Origin: Microthyrium microscopicum
Taxonomy: Eukaryota
Length of the DNA: 64,000 nt
Direction: 5' to 3'
Assembly (NCBI GenBank): GCA_010405405.1
Contig: MU004236.1
Coordinates: 1,556,070-1,620,069 of the forward strand
Shown: positions 12,931 to 24,070 of the stretch, one piece after another
Layout: the number at the start of each line of letters is the position of its first letter
Numbering within the stretch: position 1 is the stretch's first letter
Position numbers and translations under genes: made by a program
Notes under the pieces: generated by a model
Databases searched by the model: none
What the model saw: only the letters and a program-made list of their open reading frames with translations
Told to the model about the DNA's origin: nothing

Positions 12931-13320
12931 GTTTGGAGAAGTGTACAGCTTGGTAGAGAGGAGAAGAGGGCGGATTGAGATAGTTGTTGTAGACTGACTT
13001 GGTGATAGAGATGGGTTTCTTCAATTCGGCTTTTCATCGGCGGAAAGCCCCGACCAATGGCAGAGTCTGTGCGCTTTCATTTTCCGAAGAATTGAGAGAG
13101 AACTTCAACCAGAGCTCCTGTTTTCTAATTTATTTATTTTTGCGGAAGATTATTTTGCTGACGATTTCACAATTACAGAATGCGATTGTCACAATGTTTG
13201 TTCCAAAATGTGGTAGAGTATATGCCGTTGGCATCAATTCGCTAACTACAATACCCTTGATCATGCATTTCCTTTTGAACCAGGCCGAGCCAACTCCGTA
13301 GAGCCCAAATGAGAACGACC

Positions 13321-14040
13321 TTACTTTCTCGTGGCACGTTGGTAGAAGGCGAGCTCTTCGCCCTCAAGGATGTATCCATCAACACGACCACTCTGACCAG
13401 GTCGAGACGCAACGATAGCGTACAAACGACCAGCCTCGAATTGCTTCTCCAATGCAGTATCCACCTTGCCGGCCTTTTGTCTCTCGGTATGCTTATTCTG
13501 CACGCTGTTGCTCTTCTTCTTGTCTGCGGCCTCGGCTTCGCCAGTCTTTTGCTGACGACGACGACCTAGGCTGACACCGTAGTGGGCTTCGTACCAGGTA
13601 CGGAAAGGAGCGGCATCGATCTGGATGACGGCGGATTTCGTGAGGGTATTCGTTCGGACGAGTTCGTTGTTCGATGGATGGTAGACGACACCAATGACAC
13701 GAGTCTTGCGGCTGACCGATTCACTACCCCAGCTGAAATTGCCAGAGTCGAGACGGAGAGCACGGAATTTTCGGTTGCCACCTCGGGTTCGCACCAGATG
13801 GATACGCTTTGGACCGATACGGGTGTTGGCCGCTTGACGACCTTTCTCGAAAGCTCTAGAGGAAATCTGTCAGAAGAGAGATTCCTTCGCATAGCATTTC
13901 GGGTTATTGCACATACCGCTTCTTGCGATAATGCGCACGCTTAGCACCAGTGGCTGCGCGTTTGTGACGGGAGTCACGAGAGATACTGTAGAATCGTTAG
14001 CATTTATCCTCATTGAAAAACAGTTGTGCAGATACCCCAT
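13321..14040 (-). CDS. RPS8: 40S ribosomal protein S8 (eS8); exons 14040-14036, 13985-13917, 13855-13321; extra 5'UTR intron 14126-14059
   Basis: [62 protein letters not shown]. Confidence 0.98.
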
Positions 14041-14240
14041 GTTTGCAGATAGACCAGCCTGTAAGAAGAAAGTCAGTAAAGTTTACGGGTATTTTGGAAG
14101 ACGTCAGTCGTCTTTTGTAGACTTACGGGTTAGAGACTGGGTGTTCAGCAAGCAATTGGTGAGTTTCGCGACGTTGAGTGGGATAAAAGTTGGAGGTCGT
14201 GAATATGGAGTCAATTTCTGAATTGTGTGGGCTGCCAAGA

Positions 14241-14263
14241 TTAGGGTTGAAGACCTCAGGGCT
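14241..14263 (-). promoter_or_regulatory. Paired (A/G)CCCT(A/G)A motifs upstream of RPS8, resembling the AGCCCTAA/GCCCTA ribosomal-protein promoter element
   Basis: Minus strand AGCCCTGA...AACCCTAA about 115-135 nt upstream of the 5'UTR intron donor. Confidence 0.4.
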
Positions 14264-15257
14264 ATGCCAGATGCGCTAGACCATTTTGGGCTTTGCAGCT
14301 TGCTCCTAGAAAGCATTGGGCTGGGTTCGACCCAACCACCAACATCCTCGAAGTCTTCACTTTCGTGTTGAAACTGGCAGCAATATCGGGCTTAAGATAG
14401 CTGCCATACTTGTCCAGAGGAGGAGAAGCGCAACATCGCCCTTCAATGTCGTCCTATCCGCACTCTAGCAATTGCACAAGGCTAAGTTTCGCAATACCGC
14501 CATCCTTCCCGGTGCATACAGACTTCTCTCGCCCTCAACTCAGAATCGCTTAGAGTAGCCTGTTCTGTTGAAACTTGAGTGCTTCATATTTGGCTTAAGG
14601 AATGACGACTAGCGCAGAGTTCTAAGGCCTGCGTTATTTTTGCCATTTCGTCTTTCCTGCAGGTCCTTATGTGATGGGTACCTCTACTTCTCTATCAAAA
14701 TCCAACCTCCAAGCTACCAGCCGCCTTCACCTGTACGATTCTTCTCCGTCGATATCTAGCATTTTCCAGGTATACCGTCGAATAGTTCGTAGAGGTTGAC
14801 TCTGAGAAAGGCAGCCACGTTCTAATCTCCGAACGGGTCCCCAAAATAACTGAACGTGGCGTATTCACAAGGCTGGGGAAAGTTCAACTTTCCATGGACT
14901 GCTTTGCTATTCACCATGCATCATGGTGACTCGTGAGCATCTCATTTGTTGCTTGAATGCCCGAGTTTCTACAATTAAAGTCTACAACGGTAGACCTACC
15001 CGATATGCCACATGCGCCATCTTATGCTCGGAACCGGCTGGTGAGACTTCGCCAAGCATGATGAATTGCGCGCTCAAAATGTAGCAAAGAAAAGTGGAAC
15101 ATATCAGCCACTTTAGCATTCTAGCTGAGTTTCTAACCGCGATGAACTATATAAAGACGGTGAGTCGCATTGAGCGCAACTACATCTCTCTGCTCATATT
15201 CGCAAAATACAAAATCGGTCCCCAACCCACATACTAGTTCTACAACAAGTCACCAAC

Positions 15258-15701
15258 ATGAAGGAAGCACCAACAACAACCATCACCACACCACTCCTTG
15301 AGGGTCTCGCACCAGAGAAGGTCATTGCGGTTTTCCACGATCACGATACTTATATCAAGGCCACTTGCCCCCAATTGATCGATTACAAGCTCGAATCCGG
15401 CGATGCTACATCAAAGAACGAGCCCGTCGTCTACAGCGTTACCGACAAGAAGCCAATGGGTCAAACTACATACAAGCTCACAATCGTCAACTTAGATGAT
15501 GGAGTCGACACGTTGGTCAATGCCAAGCCACCTGTTGGAACCCTTACAATCACTGGCGAGTGGAGAGTAACCGGAGGAAACATTGTTGAGAAGGTCCACC
15601 TTGACTGCAACTTTGTGATGAAGAAAATGGTCAAGAGCAATGTGGATTCTACTCATGGTGGACAACATCAGGAGCTAATGAAGATTGCGGCTGCGAAGTA
15701 A
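15258..15701 (+). CDS. Small conserved-looking hypothetical protein (147 aa), possibly DUF7053-like
   Basis: Intronless ORF with CAACATG start and TATATAAA at ~15148; HDH..YI, YSVTD and DGVDTLVNA pattern resembles a fungal family I recall as DUF7053. Confidence 0.7.
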   Translation: MKEAPTTTITTPLLEGLAPEKVIAVFHDHDTYIKATCPQLIDYKLESGDATSKNEPVVYSVTDKKPMGQTTYKLTIVNLDDGVDTLVNAKPPVGTLTITGEWRVTGGNIVEKVHLDCNFVMKKMVKSNVDSTHGGQHQELMKIAAAK

Positions 15702-15992
15702 GGTGCAAGAGCATGGCATGAATTGAACGATGTTAATGGCTGGTTGGTGATGCGTTACGAGAAGTTATGCATAGCAGCATCTAAAATGGAAACCTGATTT
15801 GATGATGAGAAATACGCTCTGTCCAATACTTTTTCTCTACCAATTGATCACCATTGCGAAAGTTTCCTCATGAGGTAGAAACGATAATTGCATTATGGGG
15901 TATCTTAAATCAAATAACTTCTTTCTCACCACCGGGCAAGTAGCTTCTTCGTGGCGACGCCTCACCAAGACTCATATCGTCCATACCCTGCT

Positions 15993-16769
15993 TCATTTAC
16001 CGCCCATCTTGGGTTGGTGAGCATAGTATTTTCGATAAAGCACTATTGCTACGAGCAAGAGCAGAGCGCTTGTGATTGCAACCACGACGATAATTGCAAC
16101 TACCGTACTATTTGACATGGACATCATAGTATCGCCGCCATTGATTTCTGGGCCTGCAGATGCCGTTGGAGTCGGCGTAGATGATATAATAGAAGTGAGC
16201 AGCGTTGTTGGATTTGAGCCAGCTTGTGCCTTTGCATTGGTACAAAGTTGTTGAACTCCTTGACCTTTACTGAAGTATGAAAGGATAGAAGTTGAAGGAA
16301 CATTGCTGGCTGTTGCACACGCTGCTTGCGCTTGAGTCTGAACTGTTTGTATCCTGTTGCTCATTAGCTTTGATCGGTCAATGCGACAATTCAGGATGGA
16401 CATGTAATTGCAATGTATGACAAGGCTATTTCATAAACCAGTTCAAGTTATTTACTCCTGCTCCACACATATCATTCAATGGACAGCTCCCATTACGAAC
16501 AAATGAACAAGTCTATGCTCACCAGGATCACACACTCAAGTAGATAATACGTACCCAGTGATGCAGTCAGCTGAACAGGCGTTCATGGCCACAAAATCTG
16601 ATGCCTTGCATCCTGGAATTGTCTGTTGGTAAACTGAGAGACATGCTGGAGCCAGTCCAGATATTGGTGTTTGATCAAAGCTGCTCAAAGTATATGTCGT
16701 GGCTTGAGCGTACGCCAGAAAAGGACCCAAAACGAAGGTGATTGCCAAAGAGAATTTCAATTTTTTCAT
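15993..16769 (-). CDS. Predicted single-pass secreted-pathway protein: signal peptide, 6-Cys domain, S/T linker, TM helix; exons 16769-16555, 16353-15993
   Basis: MKKLKFSLAITFVLGPFLAYA signal; C..VY..TIPGC..SDF....CS..C..G; VVAIIVVVAITSALLLLVAIVLY followed by RK; 201-nt GT-AG intron restores frame. Confidence 0.75.
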
Positions 16770-18256
16770 TTTGAGTTGAAAGAATGAAGTCAAGAATCGG
16801 GCATGGAGGAAAGAAAGTAGATACAATAAAACAATATAGAAGAGAATAGTTAAAAGAGTGACATAGTTTGACAATATGGTTATCGACTGGGCGGCACAGT
16901 AAATATAGCAGTCACTGGAACAACCCGAGCTGTCATATTAGCCATATGGATATGATAGAAACTGACATGCAAAAAACAAATTACTCAGGAAACAAACTTA
17001 TCTCAAAACAAGTTACCCCGTCGAGGACTTGCCCAAGACATCTCCGTACAATGTACCTTCAATTCTCGCGAACCACTCAGCGAATCATTTGATCGTGGCG
17101 CCACAGCATCCAACCACCAAAGAGCCCGAGACCAGCAGCGTTTCGAAAATCCACGGCGTCCCAGGGAGAGACTTATTGCACCCCTGAGCGCTTGCAGTTT
17201 ATTGGTCCTTAGTAGAAACTCATTGAATCGGATTTTGTTTGGTTTTGTAGAACAGGATGAGCAGGATTCGACAGTTTGGCTCTAAAAAGATAATATTCAA
17301 GACAATATCAAAAAGCCCAGAGGTCCGGCATCGTAGTTTCCGTCTTGCCAATATTGCAAGACTCCTTGGTTCTTCTTGTCAGTGTGATCATCTGTAGTAC
17401 GAGAGGGATTTCCTTAGTTCGCATATTCTAAGAAGTAGTAAATGTTTCTGCATGCCAGGCCACGTTGACAGACATATCAGCTAGTACCTTACAGGTGCGC
17501 CTATCAAAGCCCGAATTAGGAGTGTTTTGAGGATCCACTGTTGTTCTGCATGTTTGGTGACCTGTCATTGACGAAATTACCGCTGTTTCTATATGGAAAC
17601 TGGCGCTCTGTCAGACCAACTCCTATCTCAAGCCACTATCACTACTTCAACTTGTTCAAAAGAGACTCTTTCATCGAGTTTCTAAAACAGCTTGGATCAG
17701 GAATTGTCACTAACATATCTTGAGATACCGTAAGCAACCAGTACAAATCAGGGCTCGTACTCTGTTTCAAGCAGCTAAATTGCCAGTATCTCCGTAAGCT
17801 CTAAAATATGGTTACTGTGCATGAGCGTGGGCCCTTGTGAAGGTCGTTGACTTCCGCTTTTGATCGACAGAGGAGATGGCATTGTCGATGCTGACATGGT
17901 GTTTGTTGTAAAACAACTTCCAGAACTCATTAAGAAATCTGAGCGACTATGGCGACCTTCGCATAGACATAAAACTGAAGGAGGAACAAGGCGCTTACTC
18001 GGATTTTTTTGCCAGATATCGAATCAATACTAGATTCAGTCAACAAGAAGGGCGAGGAGGATACCTCATCCTTCAGGATTACAGCTACCTAGCCAAAGGA
18101 ATAGTCATCCTAGTGGCGATTGAGCATACACTGCATGACTGCAAATCCATGTCTATTAGATCCTGATCCGCAATGAAGGTGAACAAGCAAGTGTGACCAT
18201 ATTACATGTATTCTCAGATACTATAATGAAGACTGCATGAGTCTCTTCAGGGTCTG

Positions 18257-19843
18257 TTAGAGTTCCATGTCCGTACCATTGGCGAAATCGGGATCAACCA
18301 TGCTTCCTAGATGCTTTTCCTCTAGGAACTTGCGACCCGATAGCTTATCCGGCAGGTAAGTTTGCGAAACTTTACCATCCTCGTAGTTTGGATTGTATTT
18401 GTATTCCTTGCCATAGCCAAGCCCCTTCATGAGCTTTGTAGGTGCATTGCGCAAGTGCAGTGGAATCGGCAGGCCTGCAACGCCTGGTTCCTGGAGAGCT
18501 GCCATTGCGGCGTTCAACGCTCGATAAGCCTTAGTGCTCTTAGGTGCGAGTGCCAGAGCGACTGTCAAATGTGCCAAATTGATACGTGCTTCCGGCATCC
18601 CAATCTTCTCGCACGCAGTGTAGGCCGCAGTTGCCAAGGGGAGCATGGTATTATCGGCCATCCCAACGTCTTCGCTTGCAACAACAATGAGTCGCCGCGC
18701 AATATAGAGTGGATCTTCGCCAGATTGTAGCATTCTTGCGAGGTAGTAGAGCGCAGCGTCAGGGTCACTCCCTCGTATTGACTTGTGGAACGCAGATATC
18801 GTATCGTAGTGCTGATCGCCTGCTCGGTCATACACTAGAGTCTGGGTTAAAGACTTTTTGATTCCTTCGGCAGTCATTCCTTCACGTTCTGAAAGATCCA
18901 TGGCAATTTCCAGCAGATTCAATGCTGTACGAGCATCACCATCTGCAAAAGCAGCGAGATACTCCAACATCTGGGTATCAAGAAGTGAAGATTTCGATAT
19001 GCTCTCCTTCTCCAGCGCGCGTGTCATAATGGTAACAATATTCTCGTCTGTGAGTTTCGACAATGTAAAGGTTCGACATCGTGAGAGAAGGGCATTGACG
19101 ACCTTGAAGCTCGGATTTTCTGTCGTGGCTCCAATGAGAGTGATTTGTCCAGCTTCAACTGGTCCCAGAAATACGTCTTGCTGTGTTTTGGAGAATCTGT
19201 GAATCTCATCACAGAAAAGTATTGTCTTCCGCCCAGTAAGCTGCAGTTCGTTTCTAGCCTCAAGAAAGATCTTCTTGCAATCACTGACACCACTACTCGT
19301 CGAATTTATTTCCACAAAGCGACAACCTGCTGTATGCGCAATCAATCTCGCGATGGTAGTCTTTCCTGTTCCTGGCCCACCCCAAAGAATCATTGAAGGC
19401 ACGCGATTTGCCTCTACAAGGCCACGAATGACACCATTCTGACCAACAAGCTCTTGTCCGCACACTTCGTCCAGAGTCTTCGGTCGCATCCGCTCTGCTA
19501 AAGGCGCAGCCTTGGCCAAATGCTGTGTCTTCGTTCGCTTAGTAGCAGGTGTGACATCCTCGTCCATCCGATCGCCATTCTGGTCGGATGTGTCCAGCCT
19601 TCGTTTCACGCCATTATTGAGTGTCTGATATGAGGACGGCGGTACTGAACGGGCTTTCGGTCCTTGAGATTGCGTGGGTGTGAGGTCTGGCGCGCGCTTC
19701 GCCGAGGATGGTTGGAAAAAGGGGGAGACGTTTGGAGGGGATGGAATTTGCTCATTTAGAAGACCACTCTTGCATCCCGAGTCGATATGGGAATTTATGG
19801 CTGATTCTTTGACCTGTTGTCCACAGATTGGACAGTCAACCAT
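18257..19843 (-). CDS. MGS1: DNA-dependent AAA+ ATPase Mgs1/WRNIP1 with N-terminal UBZ zinc finger
   Basis: VDCPICG..HIDSGC UBZ; PLAERMRP; GGPGTGKTT; DEIHRF; GATTENPSF; ISAFHKSIRGSD; PLHLRNAPT. Confidence 0.96.
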   Translation of the reverse strand: MVDCPICGQQVKESAINSHIDSGCKSGLLNEQIPSPPNVSPFFQPSSAKRAPDLTPTQSQGPKARSVPPSSYQTLNNGVKRRLDTSDQNGDRMDEDVTPATKRTKTQHLAKAAPLAERMRPKTLDEVCGQELVGQNGVIRGLVEANRVPSMILWGGPGTGKTTIARLIAHTAGCRFVEINSTSSGVSDCKKIFLEARNELQLTGRKTILFCDEIHRFSKTQQDVFLGPVEAGQITLIGATTENPSFKVVNALLSRCRTFTLSKLTDENIVTIMTRALEKESISKSSLLDTQMLEYLAAFADGDARTALNLLEIAMDLSEREGMTAEGIKKSLTQTLVYDRAGDQHYDTISAFHKSIRGSDPDAALYYLARMLQSGEDPLYIARRLIVVASEDVGMADNTMLPLATAAYTACEKIGMPEARINLAHLTVALALAPKSTKAYRALNAAMAALQEPGVAGLPIPLHLRNAPTKLMKGLGYGKEYKYNPNYEDGKVSQTYLPDKLSGRKFLEEKHLGSMVDPDFANGTDMEL

Positions 19844-20881
19844 GGCGAAAGATTGTTGCAAAGTTGCAGGTCGAAGGTGATGGTCAAAAGCGATGTCCAA
19901 TGATTATGAGCAGGGATCTGGAGAGACGCGATAGGCGGCCAAGCGGCCTCATCGCGTCTGTTACATGCATTTGTGACTTGCGCATTGATGCTCGACAACT
20001 TACAAGTGACTCTCCTTTCACCTTGTTTCTCACATAAATACACTTACAGCTTCTGTCTTCGTTGCAATGCCTTCTTCTGGAGAGGTGGCTGTCAGACGCT
20101 AGTATAGACCGCGAGAAGGCAAGATCTGTGCCAGCCAACGGCAACAGTTTCACCTGCGCTTATGCTGGATGAACACAGTCAGTTGAGTCTCTGTCGTACC
20201 TTTTAGAAACATCTTTGAAGACACCTCCGACTTCACTCTTTAAAACTTATACAGCCAACTGACGCGAAGGTGTTCGGCAGTACATATAGTAGTTGCCGTA
20301 GGTTATATAGACACTCAAGATGGGCAGCTTTGCGCTGAATATGTTGTATGAAGCTATCAGTAGCAGACTCAAACTATTGTAATTCAATGACAGTAAGTAT
20401 GGATATAACTCTCACAGCTATTGAACTTGACGTGGAGAGCTACCCCCACGCACATTTCTACAGGGGCTTTGTGCATGTTTGCAATGCGCATGTCCCTCAC
20501 CACCCGATATCGACCTCTGTTGTACAAGAAGCCCGGATTAAATAACCATTGATTCTCTATCAGGTCCATCCACTTCGAATTCTTCCTCTACTCTTCATCG
20601 TACATTAGTGATTTGAAAGAACAACGACGCCGACGACCCAGTACAGCATCAGTGCCTGCAACATTCGAGATAGCCACCACTTTCCCCACCAACGGTAGCG
20701 CAAGCTGGTCTTCAGTTCATTGTTGTTATCCAACCCATCGTTATCAGATCAAACCTCCGAAGCTTTCTCACCAGTCGACCAGTGTAAGCATCTATTCTTG
20801 ATATATTCAGAATACAGGGTTCAGCGCCTACCTGCAGAGATGGTAGCTCAAACGCCACCCCAGGGCATTGTTCGGACATTT

Positions 20882-21340
20882 TCAATAGGATCTCTGGTAC
20901 GTACATCGCCGACGGTCACCTGCTTGTTCATGATTTGCCTTTCTTGCGTCTGAAAATACGATTTCCTGCCCCTCCTTTGGTCCACACAAATGCAAGCCAT
21001 GGAACTCTTGACCCACATGGGGACGTTTACGGATCGAGAAGAAATCATCCGAACCGGATCTCGGCGAGCCATTGCCGCGCCGATTCGGTAAGGCTGGTTT
21101 TTTGACGTCGTCTGTCCAAGCTTGCATTGCTTGTACATTTGGGAAAGCAAATTTCTGTTGCAGCGCCTTTGAAAATTGCTGAGCATACGAGCGAGATAAC
21201 GTTTGCATTTCATCGTTGTCGTGTCTTGTCTTATATGCTGCATGAAAAGAAGCGGTGAATGCAAGTACCAGATTCCTGATATCTTGGTCGGTGCCCGATC
21301 TATCATGCGCAGCTGAATCTTTGCTATATTTTGTACTCAC
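20882..21340 (-). other. Possible hypothetical or degenerate coding remnant
   Basis: 152-aa ORF with no ATG start, followed by further open segments in other frames down to ~20384; no recognisable domain. Confidence 0.2.
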
Positions 21341-22290
21341 TGGAAGCTTTTGGTGTCTTCAAACGCGGTCGGGATTCCGGAAGTCTAAACCTTCGAGGAG
21401 AAAGAGCAAAGCATTCAACAGGAGACGTGCTAGTCAGTCTCATCTTTCGATAAAATAAATCCAGGAATCAAGGAACGAGCTGGCAAACACTCGAGAAGAG
21501 CAAAAGAGATTTGATACGGCTATCGCTATTACTTGCTTCCAAATTAGGACCGAGTTGCTGTCATTCGACTTAGTTGGCAGGAGCGATTGAATCCAGCACA
21601 ATCAGAGGAAGTCACTACCATCTACTTTGGAAGGAAACAGGTCGAATTGCACAAACGCATCTGGTCAGCTGGTCGCCAATTTGATTGTTGCTGGACTCTG
21701 CTTGCCTGATTGCTCGTTGGCAAGTGCTTGTTGGGTGTATGCGCTTCTACACTAGAGAGTCGAAAGTGGTATTCGAGGAGCTTCAAGCCTTGGGAGTCAC
21801 CAACGCAGTCTCCAACACCAACCATCCAAGTTATTCTGCTACATACATACAGACGGATCAAACAGTTGAGATCCTTGCTAGTCAATCAACGACACGCTTC
21901 CTGGCACGTGGGGCTTTAGATGTTATCTGGTCTTTCCGATCTGGAAGGCACGTTTCTATAGAGACTTAAGAGAGGAAAGAGCGTCAAACCTCAGGCTTCG
22001 CACAAAAACAATCAATCATCACGCAATTCGCTACATCGGAAAATCTTCTGCCCGAATCCGAACTCCAGTCCCGTCAACATCAACAGCTTTCACACAATCA
22101 CATATCACAGCTTCCAGTCGGTTATCGCCAGCTTTGATAGCCAGCCAGCCCGCCCTCTCGCTAGTAGATCCTTTGAATGTGTTAGAGTGCTCTTCTTTGC
22201 TACAGCAGATCACACCTGCGCCGGTCACTGCTCTTTCGTTCTACCGCGTCTACTTTGCATAACTCTTTGACTTCTTTCCTGTCCAAAATC

Positions 22291-23719
22291 ATGGCTGGCG
22301 GCAACCAAACACCTCCCGCTCGCATTACTAACACCGTTGGCGTTCAGGCTGAAGACACGAAGATATGTGTCGTCATGGTTGGGCTTCCTGCCCGAGGAAA
22401 ATCATATATCGCCCAGAAGCGTGAGTCAGCTTCATCGTAATGAAGCGTAGTAGCTAATGGCATGGGCAGTCGTGCGATACTGTCATTGGTTATCAATCGA
22501 TGCAAAAGTTTTTAATGTGGGCATGTATCGGCGTACCAACACACCAAATCCTCCGGCTGCTTTCTTTGACAATAGTAATCCCGAGGGAGAACGGCTGCGT
22601 CGTGCTGCGGCTTCTGCAGCTGTGGATGACATGGTGAAGTGGTTCAAGAACGAAAACTCGACCATTGCAATCCTGGATGCAACCAATTCGACTAAGATGC
22701 GCCGACAGTGGATCAAGGAACGCTGTGACGCCGAGAGAATCGAGACGCTCTTTGTAGAATCGCTCTGTAACGACAAATCCCTCGTCATGGCCAACATCGT
22801 TGAAGTCAAAACCACCAGTCCAGACTATGTTGGACAAGACCCTGAAGCCGCCGCAAAGGACTTTCTAGATCGTATTAGAAAATATGAAGAAGTTTACGAA
22901 CCCCTCGAGGCCTCCGAAAACCTCACATTCATCAAGATCGTTGACGTAGGAGCCCAAGTCATTATCAACGCCATCCGCGACTACATCCAAAGCCGCATGG
23001 TCTACTACCTCATGAATCTCCACATCCGCCCCCGCTCCATCTGGCTCTCCCGCCACGGCGAATCCGAATTCAATCTCTCCGGCCAAATCGGCGGCGACGC
23101 CAACCTATCCCACCGCGGCCAGCTCTACGCCCGCACCCTCCCCAACCTAGTGCAAGAAAGCGCCGGCGACCGCAAACTCACCGTCTGGACATCCACACTA
23201 AAACGCACAATCCAAACCGCGCGCTTCCTCCCCTTTGAAAAACTCGAATGGAAAGCCCTCGACGAACTAGACTCTGGCGTCTGCGATGGCCTCACCTACG
23301 GCGAAATCGAAGCCCAATATCCCGCTGACTTCCGCGCCCGCGACGAAGACAAGTACAACTATCGCTACCTAGGCGGTGAGTCCTACCGCGATGTTGTCAC
23401 CCGTCTGGAGCCCATCATCATGGAACTTGAGCGCTCAGAGAACATCATCATTGTAACGCATCAGGCTGTCATCCGCTGCATCTATGCATACTTCATGAAC
23501 ATGGCGCAGGAAAAGAGTCCGTGGATGGAAGTCCCACTGCATACGCTTATTCGGCTGACGCCGGGACCGTACAAGACGGATGAGCAGCGCTGGAAGGCGA
23601 ATATTCCGGCGGTCAGCACATGGCGTGGAAAGGGTTCGGCGGCGAAACATCAGGAGAGTCCGTTGGGGACGCCTGGTACAGAATTGCCGGAGCCTGTTAT
23701 GAAGGCCAATGCTACCTAG
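22291..23719 (+). CDS. FBP26: 6-phosphofructo-2-kinase/fructose-2,6-bisphosphatase (Fbp26-like); exons 22291-22420, 22470-23719
   Basis: VMVGLPARGKS, LDATNST, SPDY, WLSRHGES (catalytic His), ELDSG, GESYRDV..RLEP, THQAVIR. Confidence 0.93.
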
Positions 23720-24070
23720 TTCAAGGCTGAAGTAGCTCAGACAAATGGATTCATCATGGAGTTCATACAGCTCCCCTGATCATTTACATGAGAGTTGTAA
23801 ATGAAGGAAACGTTGGGGATGCATGATTGATCGGGATGGATATCCGCTGCAGTAACAATAGTGTAAAAGAGGCAGCTGGCTTTTTTTTTTGGAGAACTTG
23901 GGTAGCCAAGTTTGCAATAGTGGAGATGGTACTTGTGCTTGGCTTCAATGTGGAGCAAGTTTGACCTTGATATGGGATGTAGAACATGAAGAAATGAACG
24001 TTGTCACGATGAAAATGGCTTATATGATGACAGCGAGCTGTATTTGACTTGATATAGCTTGGTAGACACT

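Noticed and set aside
14315..14340. GGTTCGA T-loop-like motif suggesting a tRNA
   Set aside because: No cloverleaf or A-box could be built
17540..18170. Open stretches downstream of MGS1
   Set aside because: No start, domain or splice structure I can support
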